Sequence record: PX104380.1
Length of the DNA stretch: 64,000 nt
DNA from: a phage
Strand: one strand, 5' to 3'
Shown in pieces: positions 45,977 to 55,911 of this stretch; within the stretch, counting starts at the first letter, position 1; each line of letters starts with the position of its first letter. The position numbers were made by a program, and so were the translations under genes. The notes beneath the pieces were generated by a model. The model saw nothing but the letters and a program-made list of their open reading frames with translations. It searched no databases and was not told the DNA's origin.

Positions 45977-46354
45977 TCACTTAAATTTAATGGCTTGAAG
46001 GAGACTAATAATTCTTAAACGGCTTCTTTCATCTTTAACTGTAAAGGAAAGAGGGTCACCAGATTTCATAGTGATAGTGCATCCAAAATCAAAATTTTCG
46101 GAAACTTCTTCGAAGAAGTCAAATTCTTCAGCATAAATTAGAACATTACTCTGCATACTGTGAAGAATTTTTCCATCATTTCCAGATGCTGTACTAATCA
46201 TCGTAACATTATGACCTTTCATATCTTCAACGATAAATTCGCTTGTAGATATTACAGCATTAATAGAACCATTCCTATAAATAGCAGACATTAGATATTT
46301 CTTTTCTTCACCTTCGCGAACACGATATTTCTTACCGATTTTAAACATAATCAC
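45977..46354 (-). CDS. hypothetical protein, 125 aa
   Basis: ORF track. Confidence 0.5.
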   Translation of the reverse strand: MIMFKIGKKYRVREGEEKKYLMSAIYRNGSINAVISTSEFIVEDMKGHNVTMISTASGNDGKILHSMQSNVLIYAEEFDFFEEVSENFDFGCTITMKSGDPLSFTVKDERSRLRIISLLQAIKFK

Positions 46355-46527
46355 CCTTTAAGTAAATCGTAAAAACCACCATTCACATGCTTAGGAGCAG
46401 AAGGCCGACGAGTAGACAAACGATGACATTTAGGGCAAACATCATTTTCTCGTTCAGAAATCTTTTTAATTTTTTCATATTCATGCCCGCAGTCTTCAGA
46501 TTGGCATTTATAATCATACATTGGCAT
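46351..46527 (-). CDS. small zinc-ribbon protein, 58 aa
   Basis: MPMYDYKCQSEDCGHEYEKIKKISERENDVCPKCHRLSTRR: CxxC...CPKC; below track cutoff. Confidence 0.4.
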   Translation of the reverse strand: MPMYDYKCQSEDCGHEYEKIKKISERENDVCPKCHRLSTRRPSAPKHVNGGFYDLLKG

Positions 46528-46529
46528 AA

Positions 46530-46934
46530 TTATTCCTTAAAGTGTGCTTTCAACATCTGATACAAGGACCATGCTTGTTCATTATTTTCAATAGTAACTT
46601 TCATTACCGGGAATTCTGAGAAATCTTCTATCTGTTCTTGCTCTTCAGAAGCTTGGTATGGATTTTCAACTTCATCAAAGAACCCAGCTTCGTTAGTAGA
46701 GAGCCAGATAAAGTTTTCGTCAAGGATATCACCGCCGGCACAACGTTTGAGTACACCTGTGGATGTCATAATTTTAGTAGGACGCCCAAGATAATCAGCA
46801 TCTAAAATTTTAAAAGGCTCCATACCTAAACGTCGTGCATAGATTCCGTTATCAGTATGGTCTTTAATAAAATTTTCTTGAGCTTGTTTATTTTTAAATT
46901 GATACCATTTATTAACTTCAAATTTAATAGCCAT
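46530..46934 (-). CDS. hypothetical protein, 134 aa
   Basis: ORF track. Confidence 0.5.
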   Translation of the reverse strand: MAIKFEVNKWYQFKNKQAQENFIKDHTDNGIYARRLGMEPFKILDADYLGRPTKIMTSTGVLKRCAGGDILDENFIWLSTNEAGFFDEVENPYQASEEQEQIEDFSEFPVMKVTIENNEQAWSLYQMLKAHFKE

Positions 46935-47149
46935 TAATAAATTTCCTTCCAGTAAGTTGTGCCGTCTTCAGTAATTTCACGGAATACACCATAAATCGGT
47001 TGTTTATCACCGACTTTCTCATACACATAAACCGAAGTCAAGTGAGTAAACTTAACGGTATGTTCCTTTTGAACCACTACCAAATCTGGATCGAATAATA
47101 CATCTTCAAATTCGTCATTAGTACAGTTCTGAACAATTTTACGTTTCAT
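46934..47149 (-). CDS. hypothetical protein, 71 aa
   Basis: ORF track. Confidence 0.45.
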   Translation of the reverse strand: MKRKIVQNCTNDEFEDVLFDPDLVVVQKEHTVKFTHLTSVYVYEKVGDKQPIYGVFREITEDGTTYWKEIY

Positions 47150-47162
47150 TACAATTTCCTCA

Positions 47163-47432
47163 TTAATTGAACAGCGGAGCGATACGTTTCAGAAGAGTAG
47201 CAGCACCTTTAGCGAATTTTACATCATGAAAAACAGTTTCTTCTTCTGTAACAACTCGAACTTTAATATTTTCACAATCCCAATTTTTACGAACAATCTT
47301 CAAAAGCTGCAGTAAATCTTTACATTCAGCAATATCGATAACACATCCACGAGAATCTTCCATTATCGCACGATAACCGTAAGCCATACCATAATCGTTG
47401 AAAGATTGCTCGATGATAATTAAGTTTTCCAT
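47163..47432 (-). CDS. hypothetical protein, ~89 aa
   Basis: Second ATG at 47432 has GGAG at correct spacing. Confidence 0.45.
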   Translation of the reverse strand: MENLIIIEQSFNDYGMAYGYRAIMEDSRGCVIDIAECKDLLQLLKIVRKNWDCENIKVRVVTEEETVFHDVKFAKGAATLLKRIAPLFN

Positions 47433-47529
47433 TTTATTCTCCAAGTTGTTTTCTGTATCAGTAGTTGATATTGATATAGTACCATAATCAACTACTGATG
47501 TATATAGTTTTATGAAAAAATTTTAAACT

Positions 47530-48027
47530 TTATGCATAGCGAGCTTTGCTGTAGTGTTTAATCCAACTTTCAGGAATGACTTTGTATGTTCCCAAAAATA
47601 CCACGTTGTACAACTTAACACCATCTTCTACCCACTGATCGGTAATGTATGCACACATAGCACGAGTATGATGTTTTTGAACAACCCCTTCCTCATCTTC
47701 AGTAAATTCGAATTCATAAGGAGCAACGAACTTAATAGCTTGACCGAGTTTCCACTTAAAGTCTACACCTACATGTGAAGTATCAATCGTTTCAATTCCT
47801 TTAGCAGGAACAGCTTTCAAAAACGCAGACTCAAGAAATTTCGCACGAACATAGCCAAACTGAGGTTTAGACTTTCCATCTTTAGGAATGATACGCACTT
47901 TTACTTCAGAATCTTCATCTTTAACACCATGTTTAAGCTGAATGCTTACAATTTCGACCAATTTTCCTGCTGCTTTAGAACGGGATTTATCAGATACACG
48001 AGCAATTTCACCAATATTAATAATCAT
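47530..48027 (-). CDS. hypothetical protein, 165 aa; paralog of the next gene
   Basis: C-terminal AYITDQWVEDGVKLYNVVFLG similar to GWVTDQWIEDGVELLNVVHAG of 48104-48649. Confidence 0.5.
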   Translation of the reverse strand: MIINIGEIARVSDKSRSKAAGKLVEIVSIQLKHGVKDEDSEVKVRIIPKDGKSKPQFGYVRAKFLESAFLKAVPAKGIETIDTSHVGVDFKWKLGQAIKFVAPYEFEFTEDEEGVVQKHHTRAMCAYITDQWVEDGVKLYNVVFLGTYKVIPESWIKHYSKARYA

Positions 48028-48071
48028 AGTTATCTCTCACTTGTTAAAAAGATTTTATACTCCACGGGACC

Positions 48072-48101
48072 AGAGTATAATGGTCCCAAGAGTTTGTAAA
48101 C
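48072..48101 (-). promoter_or_regulatory. possible early-type promoter
   Basis: GTTTAC present; -10 less clear (TTATAC/TACTCT); flanking inverted repeat GGGACCA/TGGTCCC. Confidence 0.35.
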
Positions 48102-48103
48102 TA

Positions 48104-48649
48104 TTAATTTAAAATAGCTACCACCGCACTACGAGGTACTACACTAAAATCACCTGCATGAACAACGTTCAGAAGTTCAACACCATCTTCAATCCACTGG
48201 TCTGTTACCCAACCACAGATAGGATTATCAAAAGGACGACGGATAGACACAGCAGCACACAACAGGTCTGTAGGGTCTTGTTCTTCAACTTCTTGGAACA
48301 GGATGAACTCATCTTCATAAACCAGGTTTTTCTTTATTTTGTTATTATCTAACCGGCGACCGTGGATGACGTAAGATTTGTCAAACCACTCACTTTTGGC
48401 AAATTCTTCAACAATAAATTCGCCTTCGCCAAAAACATCAGTCAGAGTTTTATGACCAGAAATCAAGGCATTAGTTTTAATTTTAGGTTCAACCAGTTTG
48501 TAGGTTTTGCCGATTTCAATAGCGATAGTCATAGTAGGTTCCTTAATTTCCAGTGGTTTAACAGGGCATACATAAGTGCTTACAACATCAAAATCAATCA
48601 GTTTAGCTACCGGATTTGGTATGTATTCAGGATTATAATTAAATTTCAT
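48104..48649 (-). CDS. hypothetical protein, 181 aa; paralog of previous gene
   Basis: Shared C-terminal motif with 47530-48027. Confidence 0.5.
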   Translation of the reverse strand: MKFNYNPEYIPNPVAKLIDFDVVSTYVCPVKPLEIKEPTMTIAIEIGKTYKLVEPKIKTNALISGHKTLTDVFGEGEFIVEEFAKSEWFDKSYVIHGRRLDNNKIKKNLVYEDEFILFQEVEEQDPTDLLCAAVSIRRPFDNPICGWVTDQWIEDGVELLNVVHAGDFSVVPRSAVVAILN

Positions 48650-48651
48650 AA

Positions 48652-49152
48652 TTATCTCATTTCAATAAAATCTACGAGTTCAGCATGCGATTTGCGGAAC
48701 ATTACTTGGTGCCCACCAATGATAACTTCATCTTCAGGAACTTCGTATACAGCGAGATAAAATCCTTTAGAAGATAATTCTTCCCGCTCTTCTCGTGTGA
48801 ACCATCTCATCATATCATACTCACTAGCGAAAGCAAAATGATAAAGAGCTATAAACCATCCTGGAATATGATATTCTACTCCAACATAATCTTTCTTGAA
48901 CTTAGTATTAATTACTATATTAGCGTTTTTAACTAATAGTTTATCTTCGTGTGGTAAAGGAATTCTTTTATTATTATCGCTATGATGCATAAAATTAGGT
49001 CTGTCATAACCTACGTGTAATAGCCACTCTTCGCTCCATGAATCTATTATACTCCTGTACGGAGTTATTTGAACACAAAGATTTCGACGTATTGTTATAG
49101 CATCTTCATAATCAAGAATACTAAACGATGATTCAACACGATAAATTTTCAT
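48652..49152 (-). CDS. hypothetical protein, 166 aa
   Basis: ORF track; ATG verified; early-type promoter upstream. Confidence 0.5.
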   Translation of the reverse strand: MKIYRVESSFSILDYEDAITIRRNLCVQITPYRSIIDSWSEEWLLHVGYDRPNFMHHSDNNKRIPLPHEDKLLVKNANIVINTKFKKDYVGVEYHIPGWFIALYHFAFASEYDMMRWFTREEREELSSKGFYLAVYEVPEDEVIIGGHQVMFRKSHAELVDFIEMR

Positions 49153-49176
49153 TTTATTATCCTCAGTAGCTATGGT

Positions 49177-49209
49177 GTTATAATACCATAACTAACCGAG
49201 GAAGTAAAC
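49177..49209 (-). promoter_or_regulatory. early-type promoter
   Basis: GTTTAC...GGTATTATAAC upstream of ORF 48652-49152. Confidence 0.5.
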
Positions 49210-49215
49210 AACTTT

Positions 49216-49899
49216 TTATCGTTTTGTTGGAAGAGATAGAGGATCACACTCTTCCTCTGACGGAGCATCTTCAAGACCCATAGCATATCGCAAAGCATAC
49301 TTCATCATCAGGATGTCTTTCGCACAGTCATGAATAGAATCATGCGCAACGAATCCATTTAAGGTTCCCTTCGGAAGAGGACACGTGGTCATATCACGAA
49401 CAAGGAGAAGTGCTTCAATTCTAGTACGAATATCACGCTGATTCCAAAATTTACAAGGTTCTAACTTAAATGTATCAAGCTCATTCTCGGAAACGCCGTT
49501 AAGACGTTGAATATCGCGAATGAGATCGACTAAAATTGGAAAATCAAACGACATTCCACGGCACCAGCCTTGAGATTTCCAAGGATCGATATTATGTGCA
49601 TTGATGTAATCATTGAATTTTGCAATACCATCAATGGTGCTTACATCTTCATCTGATGGTGCAATATTTTTTCTAGCTTCAGGCGATTGATTTTTCCACC
49701 ATTCAATAGTGCTTTTAGTAAAAAGACGGTGTCCTTTTTGACTTTTTAAGTCAAATTTAATTTTAATGCCACGTGAAACTAGTTCATCGAATGTTTCAAC
49801 AACTTCCGGGTTAGGGTCAAAGGCAATAACAGCCAAATCAATAACAGCTGCCTTTTCACCGCTTCCCATTGTTTCAAAATCTATAATAAAATCAAACAT
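49216..49899 (-). CDS. dexA: exonuclease A (DnaQ-like 3'-5' exonuclease), 227 aa
   Basis: 227 aa; MFDFIIDFETMG exo I motif; matches recalled T4 DexA. Confidence 0.9.
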   Translation of the reverse strand: MFDFIIDFETMGSGEKAAVIDLAVIAFDPNPEVVETFDELVSRGIKIKFDLKSQKGHRLFTKSTIEWWKNQSPEARKNIAPSDEDVSTIDGIAKFNDYINAHNIDPWKSQGWCRGMSFDFPILVDLIRDIQRLNGVSENELDTFKLEPCKFWNQRDIRTRIEALLLVRDMTTCPLPKGTLNGFVAHDSIHDCAKDILMMKYALRYAMGLEDAPSEEECDPLSLPTKR

Positions 49900-50141
49900 T
49901 AAACTTTCCTCGCTAAATCGCGAATTTGACCTACAGTATAATCTTGAATATAAACTTTATTAATAGGCTCATCCATAAATTTTGCCATAGATTCAATATC
50001 TTTTTGCATCTCTTCAAGACTGTATACTATCTTTGAAGCTTTTTCACGAATAGTTACATTTTCAGGTCCTGGATTTTCTTCAATGACAGCTTTAACATTT
50101 GCCATAAGAGATTTAAACTGATACCAACTTAATTCAATCAT
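49899..50141 (-). CDS. hypothetical protein, ~81 aa
   Basis: Internal ATG at 50141 with AAGGCGG upstream. Confidence 0.4.
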   Translation of the reverse strand: MIELSWYQFKSLMANVKAVIEENPGPENVTIREKASKIVYSLEEMQKDIESMAKFMDEPINKVYIQDYTVGQIRDLARKV

Positions 50142-50394
50142 TAATAACCGCCTTATAAAGATGGTTAATTTCACCCAAAACATAATCACTTATTGTAACA
50201 GTTTTTACTTCACCACAAAAGAATTCTAACGCAATTAAATCTCGTTCAATTTCTTCTAATTGAAGCATTAACTTGCCAGATTCAATTTTTACATTTCTAC
50301 GATTTTTACTATAAGCTATTTCATAAATTTCGCTCACTTTATCTTGAAGAAGATAAAACTGGTCTTTAGTTATTTCCACGAATAGCTTCCTCAA
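50134..50394 (-). CDS. hypothetical protein, 86 aa
   Basis: ORF track. Confidence 0.4.
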   Translation of the reverse strand: MRKLFVEITKDQFYLLQDKVSEIYEIAYSKNRRNVKIESGKLMLQLEEIERDLIALEFFCGEVKTVTISDYVLGEINHLYKAVIND

Positions 50395-50626
50395 ATTTAA
50401 TTAGTAATTTACAGACACTTTCATCTAGTGTAATTACCGTATCTGTATTACTGTGATATGATTGTTTTTCAATTCGTTTAATTGCTAATATAGTATCACT
50501 TATAAGATAAAGCTTATGAAGGAGCTCAGCTCCTGTTACCATAACATCGAGATTATCTTGCTTATTAGTATGCTTCCTTATACCATCTATTAGACGATTT
50601 AAATATTTTGAATTGATGTTAATCAT
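50366..50626 (-). CDS. hypothetical protein, 86 aa
   Basis: ORF track. Confidence 0.4.
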   Translation of the reverse strand: MININSKYLNRLIDGIRKHTNKQDNLDVMVTGAELLHKLYLISDTILAIKRIEKQSYHSNTDTVITLDESVCKLLIKFEEAIRGNN

Positions 50627-50632
50627 ATAGCC

Positions 50633-51952
50633 TCACACATAAAATACATCATAACGACCACGAGTTACACCAACATAAAGAAGTTGTTGGGCCAATTCAG
50701 CATCTGCATAATGAATACAAGGCGTATAAATGAAAGCACGGTCTACAGACATACCCTGAGCTTTATGGAATGTTGATGCAGGAAGTGCTTTCACTTTACT
50801 AAACTGTGATTTAGCATCCCAAAAATCACTCCATGGAGCTTTTCCGCCTTTGTTCCAATTTTTATAAGTTTCTGCCGTTTTACCTAAAAATAGGTTAAAC
50901 TTATACAATTCTTCATCAGATGAAATTATTTTAATCTTTTCACGATAATATTCATCATCGCCGTAAGTTTCTACTGTTAAATCCCAATGACGAATTAAGT
51001 ATTCTCCAGGAACACCACGAGCTTTAACAAACGTCGATGTATACTCTGCTTCTATAATACGAACTAATTGTCCGTTATTAAAAATAATTTCTGACACAGG
51101 CTTTCCATCAATTTTATATGTTTTAATTAATGGTTCCTGCATTACAATAATTTCACCAACAATAAAATCTTTATCAGTTTCAAAAATCTTTTTACGAATA
51201 ATGCTATTTAACTTGTCAACAGATTTATTCGTAAATGCCATTACGCGATTTTCAAACAAATCATCTAAAGATTTGACGATTGAAAAATAATTTACCATAA
51301 AATCGCGTAAAGCGGTATCACCAGTAAATCCACGTACTCCATGCCCGTCAACAACTTTATCATAAATCCACTTACCGTTACGAACATCAGTAGCTACATC
51401 AATAATAGGAGCATTACTGCGTTTAACTTCAGTAAGTTCACACTGATAAAAATCTTTGTGTGTAAAGAATGGACTGATATAAGCAGTATTTTCTCCTGGG
51501 TCAACAGGTCTAATTTGCTTATTATCGCCTATTCCAATTATAGTACACCACGGTGGGATAGTTGAAAGCAAAATTTTGAAGAGCTTTCTATCATACATTG
51601 ACACTTCGTCGCAGATTAATACCCTGCATTTAGCTAAATCTGGTACTTCTTTTTGTTCAAAAAGAACGTTTTCTTCATACGTAACTGGGTTAATTTTAAG
51701 AATACTGTGAATAGTACTCGCTTCTTTCCCCGACAGTTTTGAAAGAATCTTTTTAGCTGCATGAGTAGGAGCTGCTAAAATAATACCAGTTTCACCCGTA
51801 GATATTAAAGCTTCAATGATGAACTTAGTAAGAGTAGTCTTACCAGTACCAGCAGGTCCATTAATAGTTACATGATGTTTCTTTTCTTTAATAGCCCTCA
51901 TAACGATGTTAAAGGCATTTTTCTGGCCTTCTGTCAAATCATCAAATGTCAT
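50633..51952 (-). CDS. dda: Dda SF1 DNA helicase, 439 aa
   Basis: Walker A GPAGTGKTT, Walker B LICDEVSM; 439 aa. Confidence 0.9.
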   Translation of the reverse strand: MTFDDLTEGQKNAFNIVMRAIKEKKHHVTINGPAGTGKTTLTKFIIEALISTGETGIILAAPTHAAKKILSKLSGKEASTIHSILKINPVTYEENVLFEQKEVPDLAKCRVLICDEVSMYDRKLFKILLSTIPPWCTIIGIGDNKQIRPVDPGENTAYISPFFTHKDFYQCELTEVKRSNAPIIDVATDVRNGKWIYDKVVDGHGVRGFTGDTALRDFMVNYFSIVKSLDDLFENRVMAFTNKSVDKLNSIIRKKIFETDKDFIVGEIIVMQEPLIKTYKIDGKPVSEIIFNNGQLVRIIEAEYTSTFVKARGVPGEYLIRHWDLTVETYGDDEYYREKIKIISSDEELYKFNLFLGKTAETYKNWNKGGKAPWSDFWDAKSQFSKVKALPASTFHKAQGMSVDRAFIYTPCIHYADAELAQQLLYVGVTRGRYDVFYV

Positions 51953-52260
51953 CGGAAAGCCCCTGCAATTGGAATACTAACAATACGCCCAGTATCTAGA
52001 ATTCGTTGATATAATCTTTGTGTATCTACATCAGGCTTAACATGTTTAACTTCTATTTTATTAAACCAAAACTTGCGTGGAGTCTCAACTAATCTTGGAA
52101 TTCCCTTACCTAAAGCTAGTTGATACTGCTCTTTAAGAGTGGTAAATACTTTATCAGCAATCTCTCTTTCAAAAAATACAGCAGGACGATGTTCATCAAG
52201 TGGAACTGGCGCCGTAAATCCGTCTTTGTCTCGGTAAACTATCGCATATACATAAACCAT
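51949..52260 (-). CDS. hypothetical protein, 103 aa
   Basis: ORF track. Confidence 0.5.
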   Translation of the reverse strand: MVYVYAIVYRDKDGFTAPVPLDEHRPAVFFEREIADKVFTTLKEQYQLALGKGIPRLVETPRKFWFNKIEVKHVKPDVDTQRLYQRILDTGRIVSIPIAGAFR

Positions 52261-52261
52261 A

Positions 52262-53008
52262 TTATCCTCGGATAAGTTTAAAAATTGAACAATTTAGCGG
52301 GTATCCTCTTTTCAGTTTAAGTTTATCAATAAAAGACAAGTTTTGATACCGCTCTACACCTTGAATAATTTTATCACACATATCATATTGCATTTCTGCT
52401 TCTGACAACTTTTTCACAGTTTTCCAATCCGAGCCTTTAAGAAGAACGTTCAATTTAACAACTTCAGCGCCTTCTGCTATGCGAGAACCATCAATACGAG
52501 CTTTAAGTGCTATAATCGTTAGCTTAACGTCAGAAGTTTGTTTTGATTTAGAAAGCTGAGAAATGTGTTCAATTCGGTTTTCACGTTTTTTCTGTATAGC
52601 TTTAATTTGATTATAAGTCTTTTTGATTTTAGCCCATTTCTTTTCATCTAAATTTAGTTTATGAACTTTTTTCGCAGATGAACGACCAATTCGCAAAGCA
52701 AATAAATCACGTTTTTCAATTAACTCCTCTAAAGTATAATCAGAACGAAATGTATTATACTTTTTCTTTACTGCAATAACATTCCCTTTAATGTATCCAA
52801 TGTTATTATCAAAACGTTCTAATGATAATTTCTCTCCTTCAATACGATTATCAAAAGGTTCTCCTGAATAGGCACAAACTTTTTGATCTAAAATGTTCTT
52901 AATGTAATTGAAGTCTAAGTTAAAATCTTTAGAACGTCTTTTTGCAGATGCCTGAGTATGCTCTAAACGACGTTTAATTTTACGAATTTGATTATTAGAC
53001 AGTTTCAT
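52262..53008 (-). CDS. srd: Srd-like protein, 248 aa
   Basis: Assigned by size and position between dda and modA; sequence not independently verified. Confidence 0.5.
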   Translation of the reverse strand: MKLSNNQIRKIKRRLEHTQASAKRRSKDFNLDFNYIKNILDQKVCAYSGEPFDNRIEGEKLSLERFDNNIGYIKGNVIAVKKKYNTFRSDYTLEELIEKRDLFALRIGRSSAKKVHKLNLDEKKWAKIKKTYNQIKAIQKKRENRIEHISQLSKSKQTSDVKLTIIALKARIDGSRIAEGAEVVKLNVLLKGSDWKTVKKLSEAEMQYDMCDKIIQGVERYQNLSFIDKLKLKRGYPLNCSIFKLIRG

Positions 53009-53029
53009 ATTTTTCTCACATCTTACGGA

Positions 53030-53063
53030 CGATTGACTACTATACTATAACATTTTTACCTTA
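53030..53063 (-). promoter_or_regulatory. early-type promoter
   Basis: GTTTAC...TTATAGTATAG upstream of srd-like ORF. Confidence 0.5.
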
Positions 53064-53130
53064 GCTTGTAAACAACTTTATGTAAAAATGCTTTAAAAAT
53101 TTCATGGTATAATGAATCTAAGTCCTTCCA

Positions 53131-53733
53131 TTATAGATTAAATCCTTCAAAATCAAGAGTATAGATAGTGTATGTTGAATACTTTTTATACTCATATCTA
53201 TCTGCAATTCTAAATACACTTCCAGCTGGTATCATTACTTCTTGTTCATCTGAAACTAATTCCATATTACGATAACGATGGCTATCCGGAAACTTAAAGT
53301 TTGGATTGTATTCTTTACAGCGTAGAGCTTTTATAGCATACTCCTGGAAATTGAATACCATAGGAGCTTTGAATTCAAAAATAACCTGTGTGCTATACTC
53401 TAAACCAGAAGCAAAATGTAGAGCTATATTTTTATCATATGAAGCTGATACGACTTTATCAAATGTAATAATATCAATTCCTTGATTTAACACCTGCTTA
53501 GTCTCAGCTGGAACACCTCTCCAAAGAGGTTTATCGTTTGGTTCCAAACGAGATTTGATTATTTCATTTAACCAAGTATGGTCATCTGGCTTATTAGTAA
53601 TACAATGAATTAAAAGTTCAATTTCAGATAAATTAAACCCTTCAGAAAGTAATTCTTCACGAATAGAAGCACGCACCGATGCATCCATTGATTTTATTTT
53701 AAAATCTTTTAGTTGCATTACTGAGTATTTCAT
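53131..53733 (-). CDS. modA: ADP-ribosyltransferase ModA, 200 aa
   Basis: 200 aa; tandem with 207-aa paralog; ATG verified. Confidence 0.8.
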   Translation of the reverse strand: MKYSVMQLKDFKIKSMDASVRASIREELLSEGFNLSEIELLIHCITNKPDDHTWLNEIIKSRLEPNDKPLWRGVPAETKQVLNQGIDIITFDKVVSASYDKNIALHFASGLEYSTQVIFEFKAPMVFNFQEYAIKALRCKEYNPNFKFPDSHRYRNMELVSDEQEVMIPAGSVFRIADRYEYKKYSTYTIYTLDFEGFNL

Positions 53734-54353
53734 TCAACTACCTCAATATCATAAACTTTAAATGTTCCAAACGAATCGTGTAATTTTTCTTTTGAAATAG
53801 AAGTTATTTTATACTTTCCAATTGGAATCATCCATTCTTGTTCACGCACGATCATCATTAAGTTATCAGTACGCTCTGAATCTAATCCATCAGTATCTTC
53901 ATATGTATACTTAAACTCAGTATTAGGAGAAGAAAGTATAATATCGCTGATATGGTCAGAGTAATTAAAAGCTTTATCAGTTTTTAAGCGGAATATTATT
54001 TCAGTGAAATATTCAGCATAAGAAAAAGAACACGCTGTGTGTAAACTAGTAGTAAATGAATCTACCCTATTCGTTGAAAACACATCTCCAACCTGTAAAT
54101 TTTCTATTATTTCTTTTGTTGTTTTTGATATACCACGATATAACTGATAAGGCGATTTAGTTAAATGCTTTTTAATGATTTTATTCAACTGTCTGTGAAG
54201 AGCTTCATTCTTTTTGGCTTCCATACATTGCCAAAGAATTGATTGTTCAAAATCAGTAAACTTTTCACAAACCTTTTTATACATATCATATTGAAAATCA
54301 ACGCTTTCAGCTTTTATAGATAACTGTTCAACATCTGCAAGATTAATAATCAT
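53730..54353 (-). CDS. modB: ADP-ribosyltransferase ModB, 207 aa
   Basis: 207 aa, upstream of modA, shared architecture. Confidence 0.8.
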   Translation of the reverse strand: MIINLADVEQLSIKAESVDFQYDMYKKVCEKFTDFEQSILWQCMEAKKNEALHRQLNKIIKKHLTKSPYQLYRGISKTTKEIIENLQVGDVFSTNRVDSFTTSLHTACSFSYAEYFTEIIFRLKTDKAFNYSDHISDIILSSPNTEFKYTYEDTDGLDSERTDNLMMIVREQEWMIPIGKYKITSISKEKLHDSFGTFKVYDIEVVE

Positions 54354-54376
54354 GATAGCCTCCGTATACTTCAGAA

Positions 54377-54409
54377 GCTATCATATCATTGTTAGAAAGG
54401 AAAGTAAAC
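54377..54409 (-). promoter_or_regulatory. early-type promoter
   Basis: GTTTAC-N18-TATGAT upstream of modB. Confidence 0.5.
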
Positions 54410-54420
54410 AACTTTTTGAA

Positions 54421-54603
54421 TTATTTTGCCCAGGGAGCCCAAGGCGGAGGGTCAAGATGGTATGAAGCCAGTTCTTCTAGAAGAGCATCTGGGGCTTCAA
54501 TTCCATAATTCTGTAATACTATACGGTATTCTTTCTTATAATCACTAGAATCATTCTGGATATTCGTAGAATGATTATCTTCTAACATCTCAAATAAATC
54601 CAT
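54421..54603 (-). CDS. hypothetical protein, 60 aa
   Basis: ORF track. Confidence 0.4.
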   Translation of the reverse strand: MDLFEMLEDNHSTNIQNDSSDYKKEYRIVLQNYGIEAPDALLEELASYHLDPPPWAPWAK

Positions 54604-54611
54604 ACTAATTC

Positions 54612-55082
54612 CTAGCGATAAAAACCAAATTGACGATTAGCTTCAATAATCTTTCTTTCTTCTTCGGACATTCTCCAGCGTAGTCCAACATCAAAATGAG
54701 CCCAGACCATCTTAACAAATGCATTTATATCTTTAATATCTTCAATAATGAATGTTTTACTTTTAGAAGGTTGACTCGCTAATTTAACTTTATCATCTTC
54801 AAATAGGTCAAAAAGACCATATTCATGAGCTCTTTTATAGCCTTTAATAGTTAAAGCTTCAGAAGAAGAAAACGGTGAATCGGTATTATGCAAAATATCT
54901 TCAGTATGCTTTATAATTAGAATAACATTTTCTGGATATTTTCTTTCTTTTATATCTTTAATTAAAAAATCCGGATTTTCTGCTAAAGGAATAATTAATG
55001 AGCATTTTTTATCAAGTGTATTTACTGATTTACCTTCTTTAGACATAAATTCTATTGAATATAATTTTGCTACTTCAATCAT
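54612..55082 (-). CDS. hypothetical protein, 156 aa
   Basis: ORF track; ATG verified. Confidence 0.5.
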   Translation of the reverse strand: MIEVAKLYSIEFMSKEGKSVNTLDKKCSLIIPLAENPDFLIKDIKERKYPENVILIIKHTEDILHNTDSPFSSSEALTIKGYKRAHEYGLFDLFEDDKVKLASQPSKSKTFIIEDIKDINAFVKMVWAHFDVGLRWRMSEEERKIIEANRQFGFYR

Positions 55083-55239
55083 GTGATTTCCTTTTGCCTA
55101 CTAATGGACCGTCAGGAACTTTGTTTTCCTGAATGTATTTCTCATTTTCTTCCATCATTTTACTACCAATTTTAAGAAGCAAATCCATTGCTTCATTTGC
55201 TTTTGCTTTAGCCTCTTCCAATGTCATATCTTTGCTCAT
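55075..55239 (-). CDS. hypothetical small protein, 54 aa
   Basis: ATG at 55239 overlapping upstream stop; below track cutoff. Confidence 0.35.
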   Translation of the reverse strand: MSKDMTLEEAKAKANEAMDLLLKIGSKMMEENEKYIQENKVPDGPLVGKRKSHD

Positions 55240-55439
55240 GATTTATCACCATAGATGTCTCTCATCAATTTAAGCGCTGAGCGTTCTAATTTCTTTTCTT
55301 TCTCAGCACTAATCATTGATTTCATCCATTCTTCTGATTCGTTCTGCATTTCTTTATTTGCTTGTTCAACCCAACCATCATCAATATACATTGAGTTTGG
55401 TCTATTGAACCATTCAAGAATCTTCTTGAGAGCTTTCAT
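55236..55439 (-). CDS. hypothetical protein, 67 aa
   Basis: ORF track. Confidence 0.45.
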   Translation of the reverse strand: MKALKKILEWFNRPNSMYIDDGWVEQANKEMQNESEEWMKSMISAEKEKKLERSALKLMRDIYGDKS

Positions 55440-55911
55440 TTATTTTACCTAAAACAATAGTATGGACACCGTCAAATTTATGAATTTTTAGCAAATTAGG
55501 ATTTAAATTATTCCATAAAGAGGTAATAAAATATGATAGTGCATTTTCTTCTGTAATTATAAATTTATTTCCCTTATCTATTTTCCAGTCATATATTGAA
55601 TCGTATGAATATAATGGCAATGGTTTATTGTTATAATATGATTCAGCAACATCAATATAGTTAGATTTAGTAAATGCTTGAATTGACATAAATGGAGAAT
55701 TTCGTACAGTTTCAATAATTCCGATCTTTTTAAGTTTTATTTCAACATCTTCTGGAACTGGCATTGAAATAAAATCTTCTACTAGATACATGTTATTATC
55801 ATATCTTTTATCAATCATTACTGCTACTGTAATTGGAATATCTTTAGCAAACGCCATGCTATCACTATTGATAGACATTTCAAACAAAATCGCTTCCATA
55901 ATTTTCCTCAA
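55414..55911 (-). CDS. hypothetical protein, 165 aa
   Basis: ORF track. Confidence 0.5.
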   Translation of the reverse strand: MRKIMEAILFEMSINSDSMAFAKDIPITVAVMIDKRYDNNMYLVEDFISMPVPEDVEIKLKKIGIIETVRNSPFMSIQAFTKSNYIDVAESYYNNKPLPLYSYDSIYDWKIDKGNKFIITEENALSYFITSLWNNLNPNLLKIHKFDGVHTIVLGKINESSQEDS

